A program made the position numbers and the translations under genes. A stretch of DNA of 64,000 nucleotides from the human T2T-CHM13v2.0 reference genome, Homo sapiens. The stretch is taken from NCBI RefSeq assembly GCF_009914755.1, contig NC_060935.1; one strand, written 5' to 3'. The notes beneath the pieces were generated by a model. The model ran no database searches. It worked only from the letters and a program-made list of their open reading frames with translations, and was not told the origin of the DNA. Each line of letters begins with the position of its first letter. Within the stretch, counting starts at the first letter, position 1. Positions 1 to 20,282 of this stretch are shown here, piece by piece.

Positions 1-268
1 CCCAACACTTTGAGAGCCCAAGGTGGGCAGATCATGTGAGCCCAGGAGTTCTAGACCAGCCTGGGCAATGAGAGGAAACCCCATCTCTACAAAAAATACA
101 AAACAACTAGCTGGGTATGGTGGCATGCACCTGTAGTCCCAGCTACTCGGGAGGCTGAGGTGAAGAATTGCTTGAGCCCGGGAGGTGGAGGTTGCAGTAA
201 CCCAAGATCATGCCACTGTACTCCAACCTGGGCAATAGAGTGAGACTCTGTCTCAAAAAAAAAAAAAA
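1..268 (+). mobile_element. Alu (J-like), truncated by the window edge
   Basis: Alu consensus with A tail. Confidence 0.93.
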
Positions 269-416
269 TGCTGACCTCATCAAAGTAGCTGCCATCACTC
301 AGTACCACAAACTGAGTGACTCCCTCATCTCATCATCTGCCACCATGACGAGTTTACCTCCTTTGATTACTTACGTCTCTCATACAATGTCCCCTTTCTC
401 ACAAATGTAATCTCCA

Positions 417-729
417 GGCTGGGTGCGGTGGCTCCATGCCTGTAATACCAGCACTTTGGGAGGCCAAGGCAGGAGGCTCGCTTGAGGCCAGGAGTTCAAG
501 ACCAGCCTAGACATCATGGTGAAACCTCGTCTCTACAAAAAATACAAAATAATAATAATAATAATAATAACCAGGCATGGTGTCGCATGCCTGTAGTCTC
601 AGCTACTCAGGGGACTGAGGCAGGAGAATCGCTTGAACCCAGGAGGCAAAAGTTGTAGTGAGCCGAGATCACACCACGGCACTCCAGCCTGGGTGACAGA
701 GCGAGACTCCCATCAAAAAAAAAAAAAAA
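417..729 (+). mobile_element. Alu with (AAT)n expansion in the linker
   Basis: ggctgggtgcggtggct... to poly(A). Confidence 0.95.
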
Positions 730-2625
730 GCCAATATTCTGGGTAATTACACTGAAGTTCATCAAAACAGGCCATCTCAGTAACCATAACCCAGGTGTAC
801 ATTTAAGAGGTTCCGCCATGCAAAACAGCCAGTTGTAACATGTGTTTCCCAAGGGATCAATAAATGCAACTTCTTTCTTATCCAATTTATTATAAAGGAT
901 ACAACTTAGGAATAGACAAGTGAAAGAAATGCATCATATGTAGGAATGGGGAGGAGCTTCCATGCCCTCTCCAAGTGTGCCACCCTCCGAGCACCTCGAT
1001 GTGTTCACCAGCCCAGAACATCAACCATGGTGCCCTCTTAATCTCTCTACACTCTTCCCACAGTTGTGCATCCAATGTTAACTTCTTTCCTGTTAATCTC
1101 CAGCACCTGGTACAGATAGCAAGCATTCATTAAATATTTTTTAAATGAGTACATGGTAACAGCTGACATTTCTGCAACCATTATGGTTTATAAAGAACTT
1201 TTTTCTGAACTCAGGATTTTCTCCCCCAGATCTGGTCCTCTTTCATGGCTTCTTCTCCTAGCAAATGGCACCGACATCTATGCAGTCACACAAACCAGAA
1301 AACAGAGTCACCAACCCCCCTCTTTCCATTCCACACATCATATCCAGCCCATGACCAAGAGCATCTCTCACATCTGTGCATTTCTCTCTCTCCTCCATGA
1401 CTTCAGGCCAAGGGATGATTATGTTCTCGCCTGGGCTGTTGCAGGAGCTTCCTGCCTGGTCTTCCCATCGCAGAGAACCTATTTCCAGACTGTTCTCTGT
1501 GCTGCAGACACCAGGTTCTGACTGGGTCACCTGCCTACTTAAAACCCTTAATGTTCACTCCTTTTGGGATAAAGCCCAAACTCCTTAACGCAGCCTGGCC
1601 TCTGCCTGCCTCCCTTGCCTCATCTTACCAACAATCCTCTCTCTTTCACACTCTACAGCCACCCCAACCATGGAAGCTCCATTCCTCTGCCTACATACCT
1701 TACCCTGCGCATTTCTTCCACTCAGCTATTCCTGAGTTGTATCCTTTATAATAAATTAGTAAAGCTTCTTTAAGTTCTTCCTTCTTGTTGGGCCTCATCC
1801 TGCCTCCAGACCTTTGCACAAACTGTTTCTTCCCCTCTTTGCCTCTTATACCTCAGGTGTTAGCCCAGGCATCTCTCCGTCTACTGTGACCCCTCTGACC
1901 ACCATAATTAGGTCAAATCCCCTCATGTAGACTCTTGTGGCATCACCTACTTTTCCTTAATGGCCCAGTTGCAGTTTTATTTTTGCTTTGGTTTTATTTG
2001 ATTAGTGTCTGTTTCTCGGCTAGTCTGTGTGCTTGCTGTCTGGTTTTGTTTACCTCTGCAGCCTTTCCAATCCCTGGTCAGGAACAGCGCATAATATGTT
2101 TTCAATAAACATGTGTTGAATTAATCCATTAACATTTCATTCCGGTTATTGTGAGCTCCCTCAGGGCAGGACCCCTGCCTTAATGCTCTCTCCCCTCTAC
2201 CCCAGCAGTGAGCCCAGGGCTGGGGCTGGGGAAGTGTGTAATGAGCATTCTGTGAGGGACAGATGACCACATGGCTGATGGATGGGAGTGCTTGTAGAAA
2301 CAACCTGTCAGGGAATTAGGCAAGCAGGCCAGGAAACGTGAAAGAGCTGCAGAAGGATGTGGTCTAAGGTGGAGGCAGCCATGGCCTGATTGGGGAAGGA
2401 GGGTCTGGAGCATAAATCATAGATGGCATGGAGCAGTTGCGCCCCCTTGAGTCAAGGGGGCCAGCTTCTTGTGTGTGCATCCCAGATGGTCTTCGGGGAT
2501 TGGGCTATCCTGCCAGCTGGACCCAAGATGCCAAGCTGGAAAATGATGGTCATCAGCTAAGTCTCCTCCTCCCTCCCATCTATCTATGTCCTGTGACCTG
2601 AGGGGTCCCTCCCTGACCCACTCAC

Positions 2626-3063
2626 CGTGTTGGTTTCCTAGGGCTGCTGGAACTAACGGTCACAAACGGGTGACTTCAAACAACAGAAATGTATGGTCTC
2701 ACAGTTCTGGAGGCTGAACGGCTGAAATCACAGTGGTGTCGGCCGTGTTCTCTCTGAAGGTTCTAGGGATCTCTCCTTGCCTCTTCCAGCCTCTGGAGAT
2801 TGCTAGCTTCGGTTCCTTGGTTTGTGGTAGCACAACTGCAGTCTCTGCCTCCGTCTTCATATGGGCTTCTTCCTGTGCGTCTGTGTTATTTCCCTCTTCT
2901 CATAAGTCTTCTTACACCAGATGCTGGATTACAGCTCACCACAATATGATCCATCTTAACTTGATCACACCTTCAAAAAAACACCCTATTTCACACTCAT
3001 TGATAGTGGAGGTGAGGACTTGCACAGATCTAGAGACTGGAGGACGTAGTTCAACCCACAACA
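2626..3063 (-). mobile_element. MaLR LTR (MLT1-type)
   Basis: tttcctagggctgct...aaacaacagaaat...ctcacagttctggaggct...caacccacaaca; subfamily not resolved. Confidence 0.75.
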
Positions 3064-3344
3064 GCTACCAACCTGGAGTGCTATAGTTGTCTGTTTTGAA
3101 CCCAAGTCTCTTCTGCTCTTCTGTGTCTGAAGCTAAAGCCCTCTTCCTGGGAGTCCCTTCTGGCCCCTCTGTCTTTGTCTGAAGACAAAATGAGGAATGA
3201 GCTCCCTCCTTCCCAGAAATGCACCTTCATGGAGCCCTGCACTTCAGAGAGCTGCAGCTTTAACAGTGGCTGAAACCTCTCATGCCTTAAATATCCTCAC
3301 AGCGGCCTTAACAAGGTTTATTATTTTTTAAAAATGTCACTAGG

Positions 3345-4487
<1,143 letters not shown>

Positions 4488-6949
4488 TTATAGATGAGGA
4501 AGCTGAGACTTGGGAAAGTTAACAGCCTTACACAAAGCCATGCAGCAAGGAAATGGCAGAGCAGGGACTTGAAGCAGTTCTGCCTGATGCTAGAGATCAT
4601 GCCCTGAACCACTGCATTCTACTGTCTAGATGCTTCCCCTTGGCGGGCAGCTGCCAGCCGTCAAGAGGGTCCATGGGAAGCACATCCCACAACTTAGAAA
4701 AGTGACACGGAAAACTAAAAGCTTAAGAGAGAAAACAAAATTGGGGGCCTGTGTTTTGGTCACTAGGAAGACCCAGGGATGAGGAGTCACATGAAGAGAT
4801 TAAAAACAGATGCTTAGGGGCAGTTTGGGGTGACATTTCTTTAAGGAGGATTTTTTTCCATTGGTGATATTTTAGAATTTATTTGATGGCAACATAGTAT
4901 AAATTTTGTTCTTTTTCTCTGACCTACTTTTATATGCCCCACTCGTAGTGAATGTCGTTTTGCATCCTGGAACCTGCCAGTGTCCTGGAAGCCAGTTTGT
5001 TTTGATCCATGTTCAGCCAGTCACGCAAGCAGGATTCCGTCGTGAACATGATTCCCATTGATGGGAGGCCTGGCTGTTTGTCATGCAGGCATGGTTTTGC
5101 TGGGCAGACTGTTTTCTTCTGTTGAATGAGGTGACTTGTGTGACCGTGATCACCACTGAGATAGTACTGAAGCTCTGCAGGCCAGCCCAGGGCTCCTGAG
5201 TAGATGAAATCGCTCAGATTGGATTTTTAATAATAAATGACTCACATGTCATTTAAGCTTTCAGTGAATTTTTGCTGAGTCCATACTCCATCTCAGGTTC
5301 TGTGTTGGGTGCTAAGGACATAAAATGAACTAGATTTAGTCTCTCCCCTCAAGGAACTCAGGCTATATTAGAAGAGAAGACAGGCAATTACAACCAATGG
5401 GATCAGTGCTTTAAGAAAGCTGCACCAGTCAGCGTTCTTAGCTGTGTACGCCATACAGGTTTAAGTAGAAGGAGAAGAGAACTAGGCTTAGTGCTACACA
5501 GCCAAAGACAACAGGGCCAGGGACAATGCAGCCAGCCAAAACGCCCAACTGTGCCACGGGAATTTCTACTGGAAACACTACCTGTAACTTGGCACCTATG
5601 TGAGGTTCTGGCTATTAGAAACTCCCCCATGGACAGCCCTGAAATACCCAGACACCTCTGTCACAGCTCCTTTCCAGATGATTCTATCCACCTGCATGCA
5701 GTCATCAATGCCTAGGATGTACTTCCACCTCCACATCTGACTGGGGCACTTTCCTGATGGAACTCAGGTCACACATGAAACCCAAGCTGCAGAGGAGCCT
5801 AGAAAATGTCATTTTAGTTTTCCAGCTTCTACAACAGGAAGGCAGTCTAGAAGGGATTGGGCAAGTAGGTAATTGTATCTGCTATTTTGGAAAAATATAT
5901 GCACCAGTGAGCTGGGCCAGATCACAGAGAGTTTGCTTGGGTACAAAGATTGGTAAGAATAGCGATTCAGACCAGGGTTCAAGGGTGCTTCCACTTTGGT
6001 TCACTGCTGAGAGAGCAAATAAGCTGGTAAAGGTAGAGATACAAATATGCCCTCATACAGGGGCACTTGGAGCCAAATGGTCAAAGCACAGCAACAAATC
6101 CACCAGGGCAGGGAAGCCCTTGCTGCCCATTGGCAACCCTTTATTCTGCTGGGCTGAGGGGGAGTGTCCACATCAGCACTGTTGGCATGAAGTGGATTCC
6201 TTGTTTTGCCAGTGTCAACTTCTGTGTCCCCCTCTCTCTGCATCATCAAGCCTATCGTAATGTGGCCTTGACCCACCACAGCGACATAAATATTTCAGTG
6301 ATCAATATCAATATCCAATTGTGATTGGATCCCAATATTACTGGCTAAAAGTGGAGTTGGAGGAAGGATAATGTCTATATTAAAGCTTCTGGGATTTTTT
6401 TCCTTTATATCCTTTTTTCTTATATATATATGATATAGAAATAGAAACAGAATTTACCTGTGGTAACAAGTTGATCAATTATTTGGTGCAAATATTTTAA
6501 GAGACATTTTGATTACTCAGTAGTAAATCCAAAATCTTATTCTGATATGAAGGAGTTCTAAGCAATGAGATGCTAATTTGTTCTGCATTAAAGTGTAAAT
6601 GTTGACTGAGAGGCATATGCTAAACTAGAGAGACAGAGGGAAACTAGTTTTCCATCTCACCAGGCATCAGATAAGAAGGTGGAATGCCCTGACTCCAGGT
6701 AGGGACACATTCTTGGTGATAGATCAGGAGCTGGAGAAAGAGACTTCCACCAGGGACCCTTCTCTTCCAAGGAAGTATGTTAAGTTTAAACCCTAAAGAC
6801 AAGAATATAGTGGCTAATTTAAAATGTTTTCCCTATCTCTACATTATGATTTCTTTCCTGTTATCCCAGGATTTTAGTAGAATTTTGTAGAACTTTCTTA
6901 CCATGCTTTGGGAATTATGGGAAATACACTTATCTATACTTGATGAAGT

Positions 6950-7900
6950 TAGATTGAGGAAAGGCAAAATCATCACAGATTCAAGAAATACTATTTGCAA
7001 ACCACACTGAAAAAGACATGCTATGAATCTCAAACAGAATAAATACAAAGAAAACCACATCTAAGCACATTGTGATAAAACTTCTGCAGACCAAAAATAA
7101 AGATAAATTATTCAAAGCAGCCAGAGAAAAACATGTATTACTTTCAAAGGAGAAATAATAAGACTGATGGCTGACTTTTCATCAGAAACAATAGAAGTCC
7201 AGGGGCTGGGCGCAGTGGCTCACACCTATAATCCCAGCAATTTGGGAGGCTGAGGCGGGTGGATCACAAGGTCAGGAGATCGAGACCATCCTGGCTAACA
7301 CACGGTGAAACCCCGTCTCTATGAAAAATACAAAAAAATTAACTGGGCGTGGTGGTGGGCACCTGTAGTCCCAGCTACTCGGGAGGCTGAGGCAGGAGAA
7401 TGGCGTGAACCCAGGAGGCAGAGCTTGCAGTGAGCGAGATCACGCAACTGCACTCCAGCCTGGGCAACAGAGCGAGACTCTGTCTCAAAAAAAAAAAAAA
7501 AAAAAAAAAAGCAACAATAGAAGTCCAAAGAGAATAGAATGTTATCTTCAAAGGGCTAAGAGAAATACTTCCTAACCTAGAATTCAATAGCAGCAAAAAT
7601 ATCCTTCAAGAATAAAGAAGAAATATTTTTTTATTTTTTATTTTAATTAAAAATACAGGATGCATGCCTGCCTCTTTCTCCCAATCTCTTGAGAAAACAC
7701 CCAGTTGGAAGGGGAGAGGACCTTGCCTTCAGGGCAGGAGGTAGGCTCCGTTGCAAAGACATTTAATAACAGAAATAGTAGAATTCACCAGCAGCAGGCC
7801 TGCACTAAAGGAAATACTAAAAGGGTATTTTTCATGTCAAAAGGAATGATCACCCCAGATGGAAGCTTGAAGATGTGCATTAACAATAGAAATGAAGAAA
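6950..7900 (+). mobile_element. Old L1 (L1M) ORF1-region fragment, interrupted by an Alu
   Basis: aaagcagccagagaaaaa...gctgacttttcatcagaaacaat motifs typical of L1 ORF1. Confidence 0.7.
7204..7510 (+). mobile_element. AluY-like with TSD aacaatagaagtcca
   Basis: gagatcgagaccatcctggctaac and gaatggcgtgaacc diagnostics; TSD on both sides. Confidence 0.95.
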
Positions 7901-8876
7901 TAAATTCTAATATATTCATACAATGGTATATTCAAAACATATACAAGAGTTTCCTAGGAACATTGTTCCCAACAGCCAGAAGCTTCATATCCAAATGTCT
8001 ATTCACATTCAAACATGGAGTACTCTATAGCAGTACAAATTAATGAAATAGACATGCACTCCCATCCAAAATAGACTAATAAAGACTAAATTTACCCTCC
8101 TGTCTAAAATAACAAACAAAAAAGGGGCAAAAATCTATGAAACGAAGGTTTTCAAGGCATTGCATATCAGGCAATGACTTTGACTCCTAAGAAGAAGGAA
8201 ACAGATGTGGTGAGCCCCACAATGCTCCACTTATTGCCTGGAGAGAGTTTCCATGCCACAGGCTAGGCGGGGGAACCGAGGGGAAGCCCAGAAGCCTCCC
8301 TGAGTTGAGGCGATGGAGTTAGGAGGCTGAGGAGGGCTTCTAAGCTGGAACACCCAGGGCAGGGTGCCAGAGAGCAAAAGTTGCCTAGAGAGAGAATTGG
8401 AGAGAGAATTTGGAGATTTTCATAGGGCCTCCTTCAGTCTTCAGTTGAGTTTGGATGACTGGGTGCGTTTAAATCCTGACTCAGCCACTTTCAGTCAATG
8501 AATATACCTGTTTGGACCACCTACTATGTCCCATACTCTGAGTAGGGATGTAGGAAACCAGAGCTGAGGCAGATCTGTTCCTGCCCTTAAGGGGCTCCCA
8601 GTCTACCTGGGAAGAGAATCTACCTGCCCCTAATAGGCACACGCTACCCAGGTGGTCTAAGCTGAGAGCCAGATAAATGGTTCAGAGGCAGGTGGGAAGA
8701 GAAAAGAGGATCGGCTGCTCTAACCCGCACCAGGCAGGTACAGGGGCACAGTGATTCATGGGAGATAAACCAGGGGCTGGTCTGTAAGGTGAGCCCAGCG
8801 TGGGGCCTGAGGCTGGACCAGAAACTGCCATTCCTGTGACAGGGCAGAGAACCTGGGCCAGGAAATGAGAGCTGGT

Positions 8877-11674
<2,798 letters not shown>

Positions 11675-12745
11675 TATTCTGAAGCCCAATATTTTAGTTT
11701 AGGTAAATTGTAGTGTATGATAGATCTCATTCTCTTTCTCCCTTTCTTCACTCAGCTGTATGTTTTTAGGATTCATGCTGCTATAGGTATGTCTATACAT
11801 TATTTCTACCTGCTAAGTAGTACCCTGTAGTGTGCATACACCCTATTTTGCCCATCAACATGCTGTACATTCCGCCGGCATCTTCATTCCTGTGCCCTTT
11901 GAGCCTGTGGGAGGATTTCCCTGGGCTATATACCCAGGAGTGGCACTGCTGGTCTAGGGAATCTGGACACTTTGACGGAGTACTGCCATGTTGCTGTCCA
12001 GAAGCACAGCATCAGTCTACATTCCCATGGCCACTGTGTGAAAGTGTCCATTTCCCGGATCCCTGTCAACAATCGACATCATCTGGCTCTTTGAGTTCTG
12101 CCGCTGTAACAGGTGTAAAATATCTTCTTGTTTTCATTTCTGCTTCTCTGATAATCAAATAGTTTGAGCATCTCTTCCATAAATTGCTTATTCTGGGCTT
12201 TTCCTATTGGGGTTACTGTCCTCTTCTTGCTGGCTTGTGGGGATTTCTCATCTATTCCAGATATTAGCCTCTTGTCAATTTTAAACATTGCAAATAACAT
12301 CTCTCCTTCTAGCAGCTCTCTATTAACCTTACCTTGACATCTGTCACTGAACAGAAATCCACAATTTCAATTTAATTGAATTCACAAATTGTTTTTCTTA
12401 TGGTTTGTCTTCCATGCACACAAAGATGCTCTGTGTTTTCTTCTGTTGACCTGACACTCCTACCTTTCATGTTTAGTCTATAATCTGCCTGGCATCCACC
12501 TGTGTGTGTGATGGTAAGCAGGGATCCAGTCTTCTATTTCTGCATATTATGAGTGAGTTTTCCCAACAATCCATCCTTTCCCCTAGAAGTGGGAGTCCCA
12601 TCTTTACTGGGTAGTATTGTAAAGTTCCTAGTTGTACATATGCTCCCCTCTGAGCTCTCTACTCTGTCCCATTAACGCTCTTGTCTCTCTGGCACCAATA
12701 TCACCTTTTTTTCCTACTCTTGTGATGGATTACAATGTCACTTTT

Positions 12746-12871
12746 GGCTGGGTGCAGTGGCTCACACCTGTGATCCCAACACTTTGGGAGCCCGAGGCGG
12801 GAGGACCACTTGAGCCCAGGTGTTTGAGATCAGCCTGGACAACAGTGAGACCTCGTCTCTATTTTTTTTAA
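12746..12871 (+). mobile_element. Alu monomer (FLAM-like)
   Basis: Single left-arm sequence. Confidence 0.85.
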
Positions 12872-13042
12872 ACTATAGTATCACTTAAAAATCATATTCT
12901 TTTTACTTTCACTTTTCAAATTTAACTTGCTATTCACAGATTTTTATTTTTTCATGTATACTTAATAGGAGTTTATTGTGTTGCTCAAGAAACCAGCAGG
13001 AATTTGTATAGGGATTGTATTAAATATCTAAATTACTTTTAG

Positions 13043-13504
13043 TAAGGGAGGAGACCATCCCTTATATTGTCTTATGCCCAATTTCTGCCTCCAAAGAAAG
13101 AAGAAGTAAAAACTAAAAGGCAGAAATGAAATCCACAAGCAGACAGCCTGGCGCTACACCCGAGGCCTGGTTAAAGATCGACCCCCTGACCTAACCAGTT
13201 ATGTTATCTATAAATTCCAGACATTGTATGGAAAAGCACTGTGAAAAATCCCGGTCCTGTTGTGTTCCATTGTGATTACCAGTGCATGCAGCCCCCAGTC
13301 ACGTACCCCCTGCTTGCTCAATCGATCACGACCCTCTTATGTGGACCCCCTTAGAGTTGTAAGCCCTTAAAAGGGACAGGAATTGCTCACTCGGGAGCTC
13401 AGATTTTTGGAGACGTGAGTCTTGCCGAAGCTCCTGGCCGAATAAAGCCCCTCCTTCTCTAACTCGGTGTCTGAGGGTTTTTGTCTGCGGTTTGTCCTGC
13501 TACA
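13043..13504 (+). mobile_element. Solo ERV1 LTR, LTR2 (HERV-E) type
   Basis: Starts taagggaggagacca, ends gtcctgctaca; AATAAA at 13441; near-TSD ttag/ttaa. Confidence 0.85.
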
Positions 13505-14652
13505 TTAAGAGAATTAACTTGTAGTAATATCAAGTCATTTCATCCAGAGCATGGAATCCTTCATTATTCAAATAATCTCCTTTTCTTATCAGATGTCTAG
13601 ATATTGTCCCAAAGATAGCATTTTTATTCTTAGCTAGATTAATTTCTAAGATGTTTTATCATTTTTATTGCTTTTGTGAGTGGCATACTATTTTTGAGTT
13701 ACATTTTCCAATTGGTTCTGGTTGTTGTAGAGAAATAGCATTAATTTTCATCTTATTTCCAGAAATACTGATAAACTCTCCTATTAGTTCTAATGGTTTG
13801 TCTGTTGATTCTATTTGCTTCTAGATAGACAATTGTATCATCTGTGAAAAAAGACACTCTAATCAGTTCCCTTCCAAAATGTACACCTATTTCTTTTCCT
13901 TTCATTAAAGCATTGGCCGGGACCTCTAGTACTAGGTGCAACAGGATTGGTGATAATGGGCATCCCTGTCTTATTTCTATTCACAGAGGAAATACATCAA
14001 AATTCCTCCATTGACTAAAATCTTAATTGGAGAGTTTTGGAATATTACCTCTTCCAAGTTAATTTCCCATATAATCTCAGTTCATTGAATTATTTTAAAT
14101 CACAAATAGGTATCAATTTCATCAAATACTCTTTTCTACATCAATTGAAATAATCCTATAATTTTCTCCATAAGTCTATTAATATTGTGAATTATATGGA
14201 TAGGTTTTCTGAGTGGAAACCATCCTTGCATCCCTTAGAAAAAAATTTCTATCTGATTATGATGCATTTTAAAATATTCATTTGCATCTGGTTAGCTAGC
14301 ATTTTGAATATAGGATTTTTGCATCTAAACTCCTAGATGAAACTGAACTAATCTTGCATTATCTTATTTTGCGTTATCTGGTTTGAAAATCAAGAACAGG
14401 TTAACATCATAAAATGAACTGGGGAGTTTGCTTTGTTTTCTGGAATAACTTATATAAACCAGACACTTCCCAAAGTTTTAAAGTTTAGTGAACTTATCTG
14501 TAAAGCTATCTGGAAAATGAGTTTCTTTGAGAGGAGGTTTTTAACTGCCATTTCATTCCTTTAACATACATTGACCTATTCAAATTCTATATCGTGTGAA
14601 TTTTATATTTTTCTAGAAATGTATCCATTTCATCCAAGTTTTTAAATTGTAA

Positions 14653-14948
<296 letters not shown>

Positions 14949-15575
14949 TTTTAAATTGTAATTTTTAATGATACTCTTTTTTTATGTTTTTAACCCCTCT
15001 GGTATCTGTAAATATTGTCTGTCTTTTGTTCTATACTTAGTATGTCTACATCTTTCTTTTTTTATGATCAGTCTTATCAGAGGTCAGTCTTACTAATCTT
15101 TTAAAAGAACCAGCTTTTGGTTTGGGGAATCTCTAATTGCTGTTGTTGATGTTCTCTGGGTTATTTATTTCTGACCCATTTTAATTTTCCTCTTTTTGCT
15201 CTTTTGCTGTCTTTTGTCCAGCCTCTTAAGTTGAATGCTTAGTTCATTTTTAGTGTTCTGTTTCCCAATAAATGAATTTAAAGATATACATTTCACCAAG
15301 TACTGTTTTGGCTATTCCATAAATGTTGATACTGTATGTAGTGGAGATTTGTTTTTACAGTCTAGTTCTAAGTATTTCATCATTTCCTTTATAGTTTTCT
15401 TTTTAACCCAAGAGTAGTTTAATAACATACTACATCACTTCCAGATATATGGACATTTTAACCATTCTTTTGTGATTAATGTCTATTAATATCTATGTTT
15501 ATTATATTATGGTCAGAAAACATTATGTCATGTTGATCCTTTGGGGCCTTTAGGCTTCTGTGGGGTCTCATAGTT

Positions 15576-16106
15576 CAGTGGTACCCAACCATTTTGGCAC
15601 CAGGGATTGGTTTTGTGGAAGACAATTTTTCCACGGACGAGGAGTGGGGGATGGTTTCAGGATGATTCAAGTGCATTACATTTATTGTGCACTTTATTTC
15701 TATTATTATTACATTGTAATATATAATGAAATAATTACACAACTCACCAGAATGTAGAATCAGTGGGAGCCCTGAGCTTGTTTTCCTGCAACTAGACAGT
15801 TCCATCTAGGGGTGATGGGAGACAGTGACAGATCATCAGGCATTAGCTTCTCATAAGGAGTGTGCAACTTAGATCCCTCACATGCCCAGTTCGCAATAGG
15901 GTTTGCGTTCCTATGAGAATCTAATGCCGCTGTTGATCCGACAGGAGATGGAGCTCAGGCGGTAATATTAGCGAGCAATGGAGAGAGGCTGTAAATACAG
16001 ATGAAGCTTCGTTTGCTCGCCTGCCACTCACCTCCTGCTGTATGGCCTGGTTTCTAACAGGCCAGGGACTGGGACTGGTCCATGGCCTGGGGGTTGCGGA
16101 TCCCTG
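15576..16106 (-). mobile_element. MER1A hAT-Charlie DNA transposon
   Basis: TIRs cagtggtacccaacc / ggttgcggatccctg, ~530 bp, internal sequence matches recalled MER1A. Confidence 0.85.
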
Positions 16107-16659
16107 TAACAGATGGTCAATTTTTCAAATACTCTGTATGTGCAGAAAATTGTATATTCTCTGTTGCATGTAGGGGATGTGTATATACAGTCTTTGACTG
16201 TCCCATCTTTATCCATTCCAACCAGCAGTGAATACTGTTAGGAACTCTGATGATAACCTGGTTCATTCTCCTTTTTAGGTGACCTGCATTTTCTCTCTGG
16301 AAGTTTTTGGAATTTTCTCTTTGCATTGGTAGTGTTAAATTTATGAAATAATGCATCTGGTTGGAAGTTTGTCCTTATCTCCCATGATTGACACTCTCAG
16401 ATCCCTTTACATTTTAGGTCTTTCAATTTTTTAATATAGTATATTTATGTCCACTGTTTCTATAAATATTTCCTCCAATTTGTTTATCCTTTCATCTGGG
16501 ATATCTATTGCCTGGATGTTGGCATTTCTACTTCTATCCTCCACATCTCTTATATTTTATTTTCTCGTATACCTTCTATTTCTTGATCCCTTTCCAACCG
16601 CCTTTATCAAGAGTTTGTCCAGCTGATCCTCAAAGTTCACTATTTCTCTCTTCAGTTGA

Positions 16660-16992
<333 letters not shown>

Positions 16993-17142
16993 TGAATGAT
17001 TTCTTGTTCTTACTTCATGCTGCTAATATCTTCCCTTATCTCTTTAGGGAAATTTAAAGCATTTATTTTACATTCTGGACCCATCTGTTAAAGTCTGCCT
17101 GATTTGTCTGTGTTGTTTGGTTTTCTTTCTTTTTTCTCTCTC

Positions 17143-17439
<297 letters not shown>

Positions 17440-17889
17440 TGTTTTCTTTCTTTTAGTTGTATTCTTTTGACCTGTGGACCAATGTTTCCCTCAGGGCAGC
17501 ATGACTCGGATTGGTAATATGTGCTGGGGATGAGCTGAAGGCAGCATCCTAATCTGTGCTGGGTCCTGACCAAGGCGAGGACAAGATGTGAGGCCCAGGC
17601 ACCCCACAGCCACAGCTGGACACTCCCTTCTGCTGGAGCCTCCTCTGACTGGAATATCTAGAAAAGAAGCAGCCCTAGGCATCTCCCTGGATTGTGAGCC
17701 ACCCATCCTAGGGACTGGGGAGAGAAAGTGCTAGGATGATGCCCACGGGGACCTGGCTGGCCCCTCCTCACTGAATCAACTCACATCAGGAGTTTGTGCA
17801 CAGGTGAAATGGGAGGCAGTGACTGTCCAAGCACTCCTCTCCAACCCAGTTCTCACTTTTATCTCTCCCTGCTCCCAGCGCACCCCAGG

Positions 17890-18932
<1,043 letters not shown>

Positions 18933-20282
18933 CTGTTGTCTTTTCCTAGAATCCTATGCATCCCAATCAGTTCTGTAGTTCTCCCAGGGGTGATTTAGGG
19001 ATTGAGAGTGGCAGCCATCTTGGCAGGATGTTGCCACACCTCCCATTCTCACATCTGACCCACCAGTCCCCAAACTTGATGTTGTGCTTTGTTTCCTGTA
19101 TGGACTGATCTTGGTATTCCCTCAGAGAAAAATCTGGCTGTGCCGTCTATCAGACTTCATTCCCACACAGCTGCCCAGACACAGGGCAGCCTTCCTCTCA
19201 GAACATCTTCTGTATCCTGAAAGCCTCCAGTGGGTTCATCCTTCAAGTTAATGGACAGGAAAACTAAGACCAGTGAGGAATCCCAACGCTCATCCTGCCA
19301 GGATAGAAAGGAAAGCCCAGAGGCATTGCAAAGAGTGCTGAAGAGCAGGGATTTGCTGTATGGGGACAACTCTTGCTTTGTGTTTCAGGACAGGGAACCC
19401 AGGAGTGCAAACCTCAGTCAGGTAAGAGGCCTGCCCTGACATCCTTGATCCTCCCACACCACCCATGCTGCCTCCTCCCCTGATTTCCCATGCCCCTTCC
19501 TTCATTCCCGCCCCAACCCTGATTCTCCCTTCTCTCCCCAGGTGCAGTCCAGAGCCTGTCTTGAGCATAATGGCTGCTCTGCTCTGCCCCCGACCCTCAC
19601 CACCTCCAGCGGGGTTCATCATCCCAGTTTATGGACAGAAAAACTAAGACTAGAGGGGGAGGGCTTAGCTCCTGCTCGGAGGAGACCTTCAACTCCTTCA
19701 CCTGCCTGGACTTGGCACCCTCCCAAGAGACTGCAACCAAGGTTATGAAAATAGCATCTACTCACCATCCTTCCTCAGCACACCCCCAACCAATCCACCC
19801 CTCAGTCCCACCCCTGTCTCAAGGAGACTGAGCCCCGAGAAGCACAGCCTCCTGCACCTCCTCACCTCCCAGCCTGCCTTCCTGGTCTATCTGCAATGTC
19901 CTCAAGTCCTTTCCCCTCCTCCTCATCCAAACTCCAAGACCTGCCTCACCTCACCCTCCTCCAGGAAGCCCCCTTCATGGTCTGGGTTCACTCCCTGTCA
20001 TGACGTCCGCCCTCACCAGCACAGCACCAAGCCTTGCAATGCTCTCTAGTAGTTATTTCCTGCACAGAGAAGGGGTGAGGGAAGCATCATTTCTGCCTAT
20101 CCCTGTTCACACGCAAGGCTGGCTCTGCCTTCCCAGGGACCGTTCTGCAGAGGGAGACCGCTCATCAGGCAGGTACCACCTCCAGGGATCTCACTAAGGT
20201 AGAACTGATGGGCCTCAGTTCTGTTCAGAGAACAGCTATACAGGCTGGAGGCCTCCAAGAAACAGTTTCCATTTTCCCTGAG

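Noticed and set aside
4900-6350. Unassigned intergenic sequence with a 167-aa ORF (5757-6260)
   Set aside because: No recognisable domain or exon structure; may be old repeat sequence that I cannot classify without Dfam.
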